Shown in pieces: positions 21,101 to 33,124 of a stretch of 64,000 nt of DNA (positions are counted from its first letter, which is position 1; each line of letters starts with the position of its first letter). Under the pieces are notes generated by a model, which was not told the DNA's origin, did not search any database, and worked only from the letters and a program-made list of their open reading frames with translations. The DNA is from an uncultured Planctomycetota bacterium (GTDB lineage Bacteria > Planctomycetota > Planctomycetia > Isosphaerales > Isosphaeraceae): assembly GCA_963823665.1 (NCBI GenBank), contig CAWGMQ010000003.1, positions 992,001 through 1,056,000 of the forward strand, given 5' to 3'. The translations under genes were made by a program, and so were the position numbers.

Positions 21101-22993
21101 AGCGCGTACCGCTCCACAGCGGCATCGACGCCGAGGTCGAAGACATCGCCGCAGTCGTGCTGCCGCCGCACGCGGAGGTCGGGCAGACAGAGGGCGGCGA
21201 TGGCGTGGTTGCGGATCTCCGGCAGCAGCTTCCGGCCCTCGGGATCGGCTGCAAGGATCCGCGCGGCCTGGGCGAGCCGGTCGAGGCTCTCGAAACGCTG
21301 GCCGCTCAGTCCCGTGCGCTGGAGCGCCGCCCCCTCGGAGAGCAGCGACTGGCCCAGTGCCAGTTGACCCTCGCGCTCGGCCTTCTCGGTCCGGGCGAGC
21401 CGATCGTTCGCGGTCCGTTCAGCCTGCAAGGCACGAGTCAGGTTCGCCTGAGTCTTGCCCTGCTCGATCTCCAGCGTCATGCGCTGATCGCGGTAAACCC
21501 ACGCCGCCACGCTCGAGCCGACCAGCAGAGCCGTGGCCAGCATGACGGCGAGGATGCTCGCCGCGGCCAGGCCCGGGTTGCGCCTCGACCACCGCCAGAG
21601 CCGCTCCACCGGCCCGACTCGGCGCGACCGGATCGGACGGCTCTCCAGGTAGCGCCGCAGCTCATCATGCAGCTCGCCTGCCGAGCGGAACCGGTTCTTG
21701 GGGTCCTTGGCGAGTGCCTTGAGCACGATTGTCTCCAGGTCCCGAGGGATCCGGCGGTCGTGCTGCCTGAGCGGAGCCGGCGGCTCGCGCGTGACCTGGT
21801 CGACGAGGCGGGCCTGATCGCGCTGGGCAAAGGCGGGCTGCAGGGTCAGAAGCTCGTAGAGCGCCGCACCCAGAGAGTAAACGTCGCCCAGCGGCGAGGT
21901 GACGCCGCGAAACCGCTCAGGAGCCATGAATCGAAGCGTCCCGACCAGGTCGTGTGACTGCGAGAGGTCGTCTCCCTCGACCACCTTGGCCAGCCCGAAA
22001 TCGGTGACCCAGACATTCCCTCGAGTGTCGAGCAGCAGATTAGGGGGCTTGATGTCGCGGTGGATTACCCCCTGACGGTGTGCGTACTCAAGCGCGTCGG
22101 CGACCTGTGCGCCCAGGCGAGCGATCTCCCGGAAATAGACCGCTTCGGGCTGGCCGGCGAACGAGCCGCTACTCGAATCGGCTCCGCCGCCGGATGGGGC
22201 CTCGACCGTGCCACGGATCCCATCCGGGGCGCCGGAGGTCGCAGGCTGGGTTGCGCCGCCGGCCGCGGTCGCGTCCGGCACGTCTCCGACGGAAGCCGCC
22301 GCGGAATCTGTGAACCGCCCGGTCAACAGGCCGTGGGTAATTCCGAAGAGCGGGTCCGCGCCCGCGTCGGTCACCGTCAATTGTCGCGCTGCTCCGGTCG
22401 CCGCCGCGGCCTCGCCGCCGGCCGGGGCGCGCAGAGCGGCGCACATCCTCCAGCACCCGCTCCAGCCCTACTCCGTCGATGCATTGCATCGCGTAATAGC
22501 AGACGCCGTCCTGCTCGCCGTAGTCGAAGACCGGCACGATGTTGGTGTGATGCAGCTTCGCCGCCGATCGGGCCTCGGTCTGAAATCGGCGCACGTAGGC
22601 CCGGTCGGCACGGAACCGCGGATGCATCACCTTCAATGCCACGCGGTTCTTGAGCGACTCGTGCTCGGCCTCGTAAACAATCCCCATGCCGCCGCGGCCC
22701 AGCTCGGCTAGCAAGGTGTAGTCGCCCAACCTTTGCGCAAGACTGCTGGCGCGGGCCGGCGCGGAGATTTCGCCCGCGCTGTCCGAGAGTGCCACGCGGT
22801 CCTCGGGCGTGGGCACCAGCCCCTCGATGAACTCAAGCGCCGGGAAGAGGTCAAGGATCCGCGCGGCGAGCTCCGGATGGCGCGCGGCGTACTCGGCCGC
22901 GGTCGGGTGCTCCCCTTGCCGCCGCCGCCTCAGATACTCCTCGGCGAGCCGCTCGACCGGATCCAGGCCCGACGGGGATGCGTTGCAGTCCAT
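18145..22993 (-). CDS. Ser/Thr kinase with WD40 and TPR repeats (frameshift ~22437)
   Basis: LGRGGMGIVY, VALK, HRDIKPPN, TDFGLAK, GTLRFMAPE, a TM segment, WD40 and TPR repeats; two ORFs joined by a 1-nt insertion. Confidence 0.9.
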
Positions 22994-23050
22994 GGTCGCT
23001 CCGTTCGCGAGGCGGCTTGCCTGAAATGACGTCCCGTGGACGCCGCTGCC

Positions 23051-23689
23051 CTAGTCGTCAAGAAGTCCCGGCATGCCCTTGAGCATTGCCTTGAGGCGCT
23101 CCAGGGCGCGGATGTATCGGTTGCTGGCCGCCGTCTTCGACAGGCCCAGGACCAGGGCGACCTCGCCATTGGAGAGCCCCTCGAAGTGGCGCAGCGCCAG
23201 CACCTCGCGGTCGAAGGGCTCCATTGAGTTAAGCATCTCCTGGAGCTTCAACTGCATCTCGGCGCGGCGGGCGGCGCGGGTCGGCGAGGTCAGCCGGCCC
23301 AGCAGCATCTCGGCCAGCGAGGCCGAGTTCGCCTGGGGCGTGGCACGGTGGCGGAGCGACACTTCCCGGCCGGCGTCGCGCATCTGGGCTTTCAGGTGAT
23401 GGCGGTGCAGGGCGTGGAGCATTTTCGCGGTCTGAAAGCGGATCCAGAGGAATGGGGGCATGGCCTCCTGGGCGAAGTACTCCCCCGCCCGCCGGGCCAC
23501 CTCGAGATACGCGTCCTGAAGGACGTCTGACGAATCAATCCGTCCCTGAAGCCGGTGGTCAAGCCGAAGCCGGATCATGCGCCGAAGCCGCTCACGGTGT
23601 CGGGCGAAAAGTTCCGACAGCGCGAGCGCGTCCCCCCGCTCCAGGCGGACAAGCAAGTCGTCATCCTCGCGGTCGTTCGAACCCGTCAT
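23051..23689 (-). CDS. ECF sigma-70 factor, planctomycete kinase-associated type
   Basis: LFARHRERLRRMIRLRLD, DSSDVLQD and DREVLALRHFEGLSNGE; directly upstream of the kinase. Confidence 0.9.
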   Translation of the reverse strand: MTGSNDREDDDLLVRLERGDALALSELFARHRERLRRMIRLRLDHRLQGRIDSSDVLQDAYLEVARRAGEYFAQEAMPPFLWIRFQTAKMLHALHRHHLKAQMRDAGREVSLRHRATPQANSASLAEMLLGRLTSPTRAARRAEMQLKLQEMLNSMEPFDREVLALRHFEGLSNGEVALVLGLSKTAASNRYIRALERLKAMLKGMPGLLDD

Positions 23690-24042
23690 GACACTTCCCA
23701 TTAAAGGATAACCGCACACCGAGGCCGATTGTCCACAGGATCCACTCCTTCTCCGATATTTCATTCGCATGCAATCATTACCGCCTCTTGACTTGGCGGC
23801 GCGGATTCTTGGACAAAGCGGGGCCGGCCTGTGGACAATCGGCCTCGGCGAGTCGTTCTCAAGAGTAGAGCGGTCATTGATCGAGGCGGCCTGCGGACAG
23901 TGAGCCGCTAAGCTATCGGGTCCGGTGAGCTGGCTAGCTGCGCCACGCAGGACGACGGCCGCGATCAAAGCGCGGTTCGGCAATCCTCGCAGGCACGTCC
24001 ACGGACAAATCCTTGCCAGTATGCCTTACAGGGAGACAGGCC

Positions 24043-24900
24043 ATGCGCTTTTCGATCTTCAGCACCGCAGTGGCGATTGCGGCCGTTGCAGGCTCTACGG
24101 CCGCGAACGCATCGTCCGTCATTTTTATTAACGCGCAAGTTAATGGCGCTTCTACGGCCGGTGGCGGACCGCAGAATCCGGACGTCTTGCCCGGCGCGTT
24201 TCTTCCAGATATCTATTCACCGAAGAATCAGTTAACGCTTACGGCAGGGTCTTACCTCATCACGAACGGGGCTACTTCGGGGTACTACTCCGCCTGGAAT
24301 TACGAAGGGTATCCGAGCTCACCCAACTGGGCTTGGAGCTTCTTGATCGCCGACGACACGACGAGTAAGGTGCTGGTCGACGGATGGGTCGGAGTAAACG
24401 AACCCACGCAAGCGGCGATGGCGGGCGTGACCGGCACCACAACCTGGGATGGCCTTACGGAATTGTCGGCAACGTCGACAGCGGGCTTCACCTACACGCT
24501 AACTCTAACGCACACGACGACGCTTGATTTCTTGATCGACGACTATTACTTACCAGACAATGGCGGCGGAGTGGCGCTCAATATCTCTTCGTCTTCAGTT
24601 CCAGAACCGTCGGCAGTCACGCTGTTGGGCGCTGCCGTGGTTATCGGCATCTGCTACGCCGGGTCGCGATGGCGTGGCCCAGTCGTTCGGGAGCGAAACA
24701 GGAACGAGCGGGGCCGTACCGCTGGCCCGGCGGGAGAGGCGGATCGGTTGCTGATTGGCTCGCCTTGCGCGGTCGGGTCTCCGGCGGGACGGTGTACAGC
24801 AGGCCAAGCTGATCGACCGTTTGCCGTACCCACTCATCCCCGCCACACGGCTGTCCCCTTTCCATGCTCAGGCGCGCGCGGTTCAGTCGGGTGTCTTTGA
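24043..24900 (+). CDS. PEP-CTERM sorting domain protein (true end probably near 24700)
   Basis: RBS GGGAG, signal peptide, VPEPS plus hydrophobic segment plus basic residues; the frame continues unusually far beyond it. Confidence 0.8.
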   Translation: MRFSIFSTAVAIAAVAGSTAANASSVIFINAQVNGASTAGGGPQNPDVLPGAFLPDIYSPKNQLTLTAGSYLITNGATSGYYSAWNYEGYPSSPNWAWSFLIADDTTSKVLVDGWVGVNEPTQAAMAGVTGTTTWDGLTELSATSTAGFTYTLTLTHTTTLDFLIDDYYLPDNGGGVALNISSSSVPEPSAVTLLGAAVVIGICYAGSRWRGPVVRERNRNERGRTAGPAGEADRLLIGSPCAVGSPAGRCTAGQADRPFAVPTHPRHTAVPFPCSGARGSVGCL

Positions 24901-25140
24901 GTCAGCCTTCAGAGATCGAGCCGAAGACCCGGCGCGGAGCCCGATGTTCGCCGGGAGACTCGTGTCCGAGCCGGGCCGCAAGAGGCCCGCCGTACGACCT
25001 TCGGTGCCCCGTCCGGGCACTGAGACAGCCTGCGCGCCGATCCAGCCGTCGCGGAGACGGGCGCGTACCGGTACGAGCTGGGTCTCCAGTGACTTGTTCG
25101 CTCGGTTCCCCTTCTCTTCGCCAGATAAGGAGCCACGGTC

Positions 25141-26985
25141 ATGAGACTTCAATTACCCGGGATTCAGCGGCAACGCCGGAATTCGCGGCCTTCGTTCTGG
25201 ACAGCCGCAGCGCGGTCCCGAAGGCCGATCACGCGGCTCCGGGTCGAGGGCCTGGAGTCGCGCTGCCTGTTGTCGGTGGCCATCAACGAATTCGCCGTCC
25301 CCACGATCGGCAGCGGCCCGGTCGGGATCACGGCTGGACCCGACGGCAACCTCTGGTTCACCGAATACAACAGCAACAAGATCGGTGAGATCAACCCCAC
25401 AACCCACGCCATCACCGAGTTCCCCATCCCCGACGCCGAACTCACAACCGGGTCATATGGGATCACGACGGGGGCCGACGGCAACCTCTGGTTCACCGAG
25501 GAGGCGGGCAACAAGATCGGTCAAATCAACCCCACGACCCACGCGGTCACCGAGTTCCCCCTCCCCAGTGGCGCCACGGGCCCGACTGGGATCACGGCCG
25601 GACCTGACGGCAACCTCTGGTTCACGATCGACAACAACGAGATCGGACAGATCAACCCCACGACCCACGCCATCACCGTGTTCTCACCATCCGTCGCCAG
25701 ATCTGCAAGCGAACCCGCCGGAATCACGGTTGGGCCCGACGGCAACCTCTGGTTCACCGAGTTCGACAGCAACTTCATCGGCCAGTTCAATCCCACGACC
25801 CACACTTACACCGAATTCCCCATCCCTACGTCCGACGCCGGCCCGAACGCGATCGCGGCCGGGTCCGACGGAAACCTATGGTTCACCGAGCGCGATGCGG
25901 ACAAGATCGGCGTCATCAATCCCACGACCCACGCCTTCACGGAGCTCACCGTCCCCACGCCCAATAGCTCCCCAACCGGGATCACTGCAGGACCTGACGG
26001 CGACGTCTGGTTCACGGAGGGGAGCGGTGACCATGTCGGTCAAATCAACCCAGCGACGCACGCGATCACCGAATTCCCGGTCCTCACGACCGAGAGCGAA
26101 CCGGACGGGATTGCGGCCGGGCCCGACGGCAACCTCTGGTTCACCGAATCCGCCGAGGGCGGCAACATTGGCGAGGTGCTGGGTGTGCCCACTTCCGATC
26201 TGTCCGTCTCGGGTAATGTCCCCGGCTCGGTGACCCAGGGTAGCAACGTGACCGACACGCTGACGGTGACCAACAACGGCACCGGCGGTGCGACCGGTGT
26301 GACGCTGACCGACACGCTGCCGTCGGGAGTGACGTTCGTCGCGGCCACGGGCGGGGTCAAACCTGTGAACGGCGTGCTGACTGTCGCCCTCGGCAACCTG
26401 GCCGCAGGTGCCAGCACGACTGTGAGCATCGTCGTCGCTCCCGACGCCGCTGGTACACTGACCAACCGTGCCATCGTCAACATTAGCCAGAGCGGCCCGG
26501 CCCGGGTCGTTGCCAGTCTCACCCAAATGATCACGGTCACGGCCGCGAAGGCGGGCGGCCCTGTCGGTACGGGCACCGGCCCTACCATCGTCTCAATGCA
26601 GCGGTTTGGCTTCCACGAAATGCCGACGACCGTGGTCCTGACCTTTGACCAGGCGCTCGATGCGACCACCGCCCAGGACGCGGGGGATTATCGCATCATC
26701 GGCCCCGCCGGACGGACGATCGCCATCAAGAAGGCGGTGTACGACCCGGCGAATTTCACGGTGACACTGCGTCCGATCGAGCGGATCAGCATTCACCACC
26801 GCTACGAGTTGATCGTCGACGGCACGGCCCCACACGGCGTGACCAACACGCGGGGCCTGTTGCTCGACGGCAGCGACAGCGGCTCTGCGGATGGCGACTA
26901 CCGCGCGCCTCTAACCTGGCGAAACCTGGTGCTCGACCCGCCCGATTCGCACACCTTCCACCGGTCCAGGAGTGACACGCTGTAG
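25141..26985 (+). CDS. Extracellular protein: Planc_extracel leader, virginiamycin B lyase-like propeller, DUF11-like domain
   Basis: RLRVEGLESRCLLS leader; seven GITAGPDGNLWFTE repeats; TLTVTNNG...GVTLTDTLPSGVTFV. Confidence 0.88.
   Translation: MRLQLPGIQRQRRNSRPSFWTAAARSRRPITRLRVEGLESRCLLSVAINEFAVPTIGSGPVGITAGPDGNLWFTEYNSNKIGEINPTTHAITEFPIPDAELTTGSYGITTGADGNLWFTEEAGNKIGQINPTTHAVTEFPLPSGATGPTGITAGPDGNLWFTIDNNEIGQINPTTHAITVFSPSVARSASEPAGITVGPDGNLWFTEFDSNFIGQFNPTTHTYTEFPIPTSDAGPNAIAAGSDGNLWFTERDADKIGVINPTTHAFTELTVPTPNSSPTGITAGPDGDVWFTEGSGDHVGQINPATHAITEFPVLTTESEPDGIAAGPDGNLWFTESAEGGNIGEVLGVPTSDLSVSGNVPGSVTQGSNVTDTLTVTNNGTGGATGVTLTDTLPSGVTFVAATGGVKPVNGVLTVALGNLAAGASTTVSIVVAPDAAGTLTNRAIVNISQSGPARVVASLTQMITVTAAKAGGPVGTGTGPTIVSMQRFGFHEMPTTVVLTFDQALDATTAQDAGDYRIIGPAGRTIAIKKAVYDPANFTVTLRPIERISIHHRYELIVDGTAPHGVTNTRGLLLDGSDSGSADGDYRAPLTWRNLVLDPPDSHTFHRSRSDTL
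25321..26180 (+). repeat. Intragenic tandem repeats (~43 aa propeller blades, 7 copies)
   Basis: GACGGCAACCTCTGGTTCAC recurs about every 120-135 nt. Confidence 0.85.
26646..26961 (+). repeat. 316-bp direct repeat, copy A
   Basis: Matches 32110-32425 (offset 5464) with about 8 mismatches by eye. Confidence 0.95.
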
Positions 26986-27045
26986 CAGGGTCCGCGCAGC
27001 AACCAGGGCCTCGCGCATGCAGCGCAGCCCGGCCGCCGCTGCTTT
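26982..27045 (+). repeat. ~63-bp inverted repeat, left
   Basis: Reverse complement of 32044-32106 with one mismatch and one indel; also resembles 17714-17765. Confidence 0.93.
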
Positions 27046-27060
27046 GAGGAGCCAATCCGA

Positions 27061-27273
27061 ATGTGTTCAGCCAAGCGATCGACTCGAATCCTGGGAATGC
27101 TCGTCTTGCTGGCTTGTCTGGCGGGCGTCGTCGGGTTTTCCGTACCTGGGTGTTCCGGCAGAGGAGATAGCTCGACCGTTTCGCCGGAGGCCCAGGCCAA
27201 GGCGAAGGAGAACTTCAAGAAGAGGTTCGGCAATTTCGACGAGAAGACAACGGGCCGCAAGACTTCGCGATGA
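27061..27273 (+). CDS. Small putative lipoprotein
   Basis: Basic N-terminus, hydrophobic stretch and VPG-C lipobox-like site; such genes are common next to DUF1559 genes. Confidence 0.65.
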   Translation: MCSAKRSTRILGMLVLLACLAGVVGFSVPGCSGRGDSSTVSPEAQAKAKENFKKRFGNFDEKTTGRKTSR

Positions 27274-27332
27274 AATCAATCATTCCTCACTCAGCGGCGG
27301 GCCGCCGCCGTGAAACGTAGAAGGAGACCGCC

Positions 27333-28414
<1,082 letters not shown>

Positions 28415-28433
28415 GTGCCTCGAGCTCGATCAT

Positions 28434-31400
28434 TCACTCGGCCGGCGCGGTTCTGCTGCCGTCCCAGAGCTTGACCACGCCGTCGCGCCCGGCCGAGTAC
28501 AGCCGCAGATCACCGGGGGCGAAGAGGACGGCCGAGACACGGCCGCCATGGCCGTCCAGCGACAACGTCTCATGTCCCCCGGTGGCGTCCCAGACCTGCA
28601 CGACGGCGTCGGAGCCGCAGGTGGCGATCCGCTGGCTGTCGGAGCTGAAGCTCAGGGAGTCCACCCCGCGCGGGCACTCGACCTGGGCGGAGATCGCGCC
28701 GCGAGGATGCATCCCAGATCAGGATCTTGCCTCCCACGTCCGTTGCGCCACCGCCTCCTGCCAGGAGCCGGCCGTCGGGGCTGAAGGCGAGGCTCGTGAG
28801 CTGGTGCGGGTGGGACAGCGGCCCCAGGCGCCGGCCGGCCGGATGTGGCGGACCAGACCCGAACCGTGCGATCCATGCCGCCTGAGGCCAGGGCGGTGCC
28901 GGTGGGGTCATAGGCCAGGGCCGAGATCGAGGCGCCGTGGTCGAGCGGAGGGAGGTCGGCTCGCCCCGTGGCAGGGTCCCAGGTGCGCACCAAGCCATCC
29001 TCGCCTCCGGTGGCGATCTGATGGCCGTCCGGCCGGACGGCCACCGAGTAGACCGCTCCCGCGCGGCCATCCAGCGTGCGCAGGGGTTCGCCTCCGGCCT
29101 CGGGGTCCCAGATCTTGATCAGGCCGTCTCCGCCCACCGAAACCAGCCGCGGCACCGCTCGGGCGCTGGCACGAAAGCCACGCCAAACACCGCCAGACCA
29201 TGCCCGCTGAGAGTTTGGAGGACTCGGCCTGCGGGCATGTCCCACACGACGATCGTGCCGTCCTCGCGGCCCAGGGCCAGCAGCCGCTCGTCGGGGCTGG
29301 CCGCGAGCCGGCGGATCGGTCCCAGGCTCGCGGCAACCGTCGCGCCGTCGAGGCTTCGGGCCAGAGCGGACCACGTGGATCTGATCACCGACGGCCATCG
29401 CCAGCTTGTGCCCTCCCGCCCCGAAGGCCAGCGAGAACGGCGAATAGTTGACCTGCTCTCGAACAGGTCGAGGATCTGGCCTCTCTGGACGTCGAGCAGT
29501 CCAGCCCTGCCGGCATCACCGGCCCATTGCGAGCGTTCGCCCGACCGGGCTGAACGCCACGACGACGACGCGGATCCCCCCTCCCCGCAGGGCTCGGCGG
29601 GGCTCGTGAGGCTTCTCCAGGTCGAGGATTTCGATCCCGCGCAACTCGTTCCGCCAGGGCGAGCTGCCGGCCGTCGGGGCTGATCGAGCAATCCCTCGGA
29701 TGTTGCCGCCGAGCTGGACCTGATCACGCAGTCGACGTGTTGCGACATCCCAGATCATCACCCACTGGTCCATGCCCCGCGGATACGATGGTTTGGCCGT
29801 CCGGACCGTAGGTCGCGATCGTGCCTCTGATGGGCTCCGGGCCGTTCGTGACGACGTCGCCCGGAGCGATCCCCTCCTCCTGGTGACTGTGCCGGAGGTC
29901 GAACTCGCGTTCTCCGGTCCTGACGTCCCACTGCACGATCAGGCCGCCCGTGTCGGCCGAGAGCAGGTGGCGGCTGTCGGGGCTGAAGGCGACTGACCGG
30001 AGGCCACTCTCATGCCCGGCCAGGGCTCGTTCCCGGCCCGTCTCGAGCTCCCAGAGCCGGAGACCGCCGCCCGCATCCCCAGCAGCCAGCCAACGCCCAT
30101 CCGGGCTGACTGCCACGCAATGGACCGACACCTCCCTTGCCCGTGAATTCGTGAAGCTGCCCGGCGACTGGACAGGTCCCAGACCCGCACGGTTCCGTCC
30201 TCGCCACCCGAGACCACGCGGTTGCCGTCCGGGTGGAAGGCCACGCAGATCACCGCCTTCCGGTGCCCGAGAAGACGGATCGGCGTTTGATCGCAGAGGT
30301 TCGCCAGGTAGTACCACTCGAAGCTGCGGAGATCGCCCAGCGCGCTGGGACCGGTTCGGTAGGCCTTCAACTGCTCGCGGACCTGGTAGATCAAGCCGTC
30401 GTCGAGCGCGCGGCGGGCCAGGTTCATGTCGGCGGCATAGCGGCCCCGGTTGGCCATGTCCCGCTCCTTCCAGAGCTGGAGCGTGAACCAGATGCCGCCC
30501 CCGATCAGCCCGAAGAGCGCCAGGTGCAACACCAGCACCAGCGCCGCGAGCTCCGGCCGCCGCTTGACCCACTTGACCGCCTTCTCCCACGCCGGGACCG
30601 GCCGCGCCGTGATCGGCATGCCCGCCAGCCAGCGTTCCAGGTCCTCGGCCAGCGCCTCGGCCGAGCCGTACCGCCGCGCCGGCTCTTTCGCCAGGCACTT
30701 CAGGCAGATCGTCTCCAGGTCCCGGTCGAGCTTGGGATTGATCGAGCGCGGCCGCGCCGGCTCCTGGTCCAGCACCTGACGCATGATCTCCCCGGCCGAG
30801 TCGCCCGCGAACGGCGTCTGGCCGGTGAGCGCCTCGTAGAGCGTCGCGCCCAGGCTGTAGATATCGGCCGCCGTCGTCACCGACTTGGTGCCGCCGCGGG
30901 CCTGCTCGGGCGGCATGTAGGCGGGCGTGCCCATCACCGCGCCGGTCACGCGTCGCCGCCGTGCCGCTGTCGGGCCCGATCCGCTTGGCCAGTCCGAAGT
31001 CGGTCACGTACGGCTCGTCGTGCTCGGCCAGCAGGATGTTCGACGGCTTGATATCCCGGTGCAGGATCGTTCGCTGGTGGGCGTAGTGGACGGCGCGGGC
31101 GACCTTGGCGATCGAGCGCCGCCACGGCGCGCGGGTCGTCCTTGAGACGCTCGATGTGCTGCGTCAGGTTCCCGCCCTCGATCAGCTTCATGCTGAAGTA
31201 GGGTTGGTCGTCTTCCTGGCCGATCTCGTAGATCGGGATGATGTGCGGGTGGTCGAGCTCGGCGATCGCCTCGGCCTCTTGCCGGAAGCGGCGGAGATCG
31301 TCGGCGCCGGCCAGCGAACCGGAGCGGATCAGCTTGAGGGCAACCAGGCGATTGAGCTTGTCCTGACGCGCCCGATACACGACCCCCATGCCGCCTCGGG

Positions 31401-31740
31401 CGATTTCCTCGAGCAGCTCATACTCACCCAGGAAGCGGGGGAATCGAGCGGCAGGACGGATTGCCGCAGATTCGGCCCTCGACGAAGCTCCTTGGGCGGT
31501 GACGAGGTCATCCGCGTTCCGTGACGTGGGACGCTCCTCGTGAGCGGGGAGAGGTCGATTGGCCAGGACCTCAGTTCCTGCGAGGTCGGGCTGCTGGGTG
31601 GATGCCAGACCTTTCGTGATCGCGCCATCCGGGTCCAGGGGTGCGTGCTGAAGCTCGGTCGGTGGTGAACAGTCAGGGTTCGAGGATTCGCTCGCCATCG
31701 ATGATGCAACTCCGCCGGGAGACCGCGAGTCATTCGCCAT
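28434..31740 (-). pseudogene. Ser/Thr kinase with WD40 repeats, many frameshifts
   Basis: [31 protein letters not shown], a TM segment and WD40 pieces are spread over many short ORFs. Confidence 0.82.
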
Positions 31741-31799
31741 GAAGTGTCGCGCGTTCTTCGCGTGGCGACAAGCCTGATCCGCCTCGAATCTCCCGGGGG

Positions 31800-32043
31800 T
31801 CAGACGGTGTTCCACGCTCATAAAGGTCCGAACATCGCCGGCATCGATCCCAGGACCAGAAGAATCGTGCCGCTGGTCAATCTGCGACGTAACAAATGGT
31901 CGCGGCATTTTTGTTGGGATGGGCCGGTGCTGGTGGGCCTCACGCCGGCCGGTCGTGCGACCGTCGATGTCCTGAAGATCAACCTCGATCATCGTGTTGG
32001 TTTTCGGCGGAAACTGATCGAGGAACGAGTCTTTCCCCCTGCT
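31800..32043 (+). pseudogene. C-terminal remnant of an HNH endonuclease gene
   Basis: [11 protein letters not shown]...WSRHFCWDG...[16 protein letters not shown]; the N-terminal CxxC/HH half is missing and the 3' end runs into the inverted repeat. Confidence 0.7.
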
Positions 32044-32106
32044 AAAGCAGCGGCGGCCGGGCTGCGCTGCATGCGCGAGGCCCTGGTTGCGCGCGGACCC
32101 TGTTAC
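32044..32106 (-). repeat. ~63-bp inverted repeat, right
   Basis: Reverse complement of 26982-27045. Confidence 0.93.
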
Positions 32107-32109
32107 GGG

Positions 32110-32434
32110 TGACCAGGCACTCGATGCGACCACCGCCCAGGACGCGGGGGATTATCGCATCATCGGCCCCGCCGGACGGACGATCGCCATCAAGAAGGCG
32201 GTGTACGACCCGGCGAATTTCACGGTGACACTGCGTCCGATCGAGCGGATCAGCATTCACCACCGCTACGAGTTGATCGTCGACGGCACGGCCCCACACG
32301 GCGTGACCAACACGCGGGGCCTGTTGCTCGACGGCAACGGCAGCGGCTCTGCGGATGGCGACTACCGCGCGCCTCTAACCTGGCGAAACCTGGTGCTCGA
32401 TCCGCCGGTTTCGCATGCCTTCCACTCAAAGTGA
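32110..32434 (+). pseudogene. Direct repeat copy B: orphan 3' end of the propeller gene
   Basis: Encodes [13 protein letters not shown]...LVLDPPVSHAFHSK*, nearly identical to the end of 25141-26985. Confidence 0.9.
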
Positions 32435-32878
32435 CATGGCGTCCGTCTTGAACAAGCGGACGATCGCGTCATTCCCGAACTCGACCGCATGCTGCGCTAG
32501 GGCCTTCCCCTGGGCATCATGCGCCTGGGCGAGGGCTGGCAGGCGAGTTAAAAACCGTTGCACCCACCGGACGTCATTTTCGCGAATGGCGAACAGGACG
32601 TCGTCGATCTCGATGCCCAGCAGCCCGCCTTGTTCACGCAGGTACTCGATGGCCCACCCTGCAGGAGTGGCAAGGAACTCGTCGTCGCGCGCGTTGATGT
32701 CGGCGCCGCTGGCCAGGAGCAGTTCGGCGATCTCGCGCTCTGCGTTCAGAGTCGCGTAGTGCAGAGGTGTCGCGCCTTCCTCATCTTTCATTCTGGCCGC
32801 CGCTGGATCCGAAGCGAGGAGCTCGCGGACTCGCTGCGTGTTGCCCGATGTGACGGCTGCAAATAGTTCTGCGCTCAC
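32426..32878 (-). CDS. Small ankyrin repeat protein
   Basis: GATPLHYAT and LLASGADINARD. Confidence 0.85.
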   Translation of the reverse strand: MSAELFAAVTSGNTQRVRELLASDPAAARMKDEEGATPLHYATLNAEREIAELLLASGADINARDDEFLATPAGWAIEYLREQGGLLGIEIDDVLFAIRENDVRWVQRFLTRLPALAQAHDAQGKALAQHAVEFGNDAIVRLFKTDAMSL

Positions 32879-33124
32879 GTACTTTGCCCCTCGGCTTGAC
32901 TGACTCCTGCAGCATCACCCTGGAACGCCGGAATCACCTTATCCGCCGCGAACGTTGGAACGATTGGCCCTATCATAGGGTCGCGTCCGGTTGCGAAACT
33001 AGCAGGTCCGCGTCGCGCGAGTCGATTCGATCTGAGGCTAAACGACTTTGTGGTCCATGCGACAAATTGGGGCGGTAGCGCGCTGCTCACCATCGAACTT
33101 CGCCGCCTCGAGGCTGGACCTCAG

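Noticed and set aside
23884..23946. c-di-GMP-I (GEMM) riboswitch upstream of the PEP-CTERM gene
   Set aside because: GCCGCTAAGCTATCGGGTCC loosely resembles the consensus, but the GCAAA and GNRA-loop elements are missing. An Infernal search with RF01051 would decide.
24900..25140. Structured RNA in the GC-rich leader of the propeller gene
   Set aside because: Short hairpins are present but expected at this GC content, and I recognise no known motif.
25321..26180. CRISPR-like periodic repeats
   Set aside because: They are in-frame coding repeats of propeller blades with similar, non-unique intervening sequence, and no cas genes are present.
25141..26985. Streptogramin resistance gene vgb
   Set aside because: Only the propeller repeat is shared. 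The export leader and DUF11-like domain point to a surface protein.
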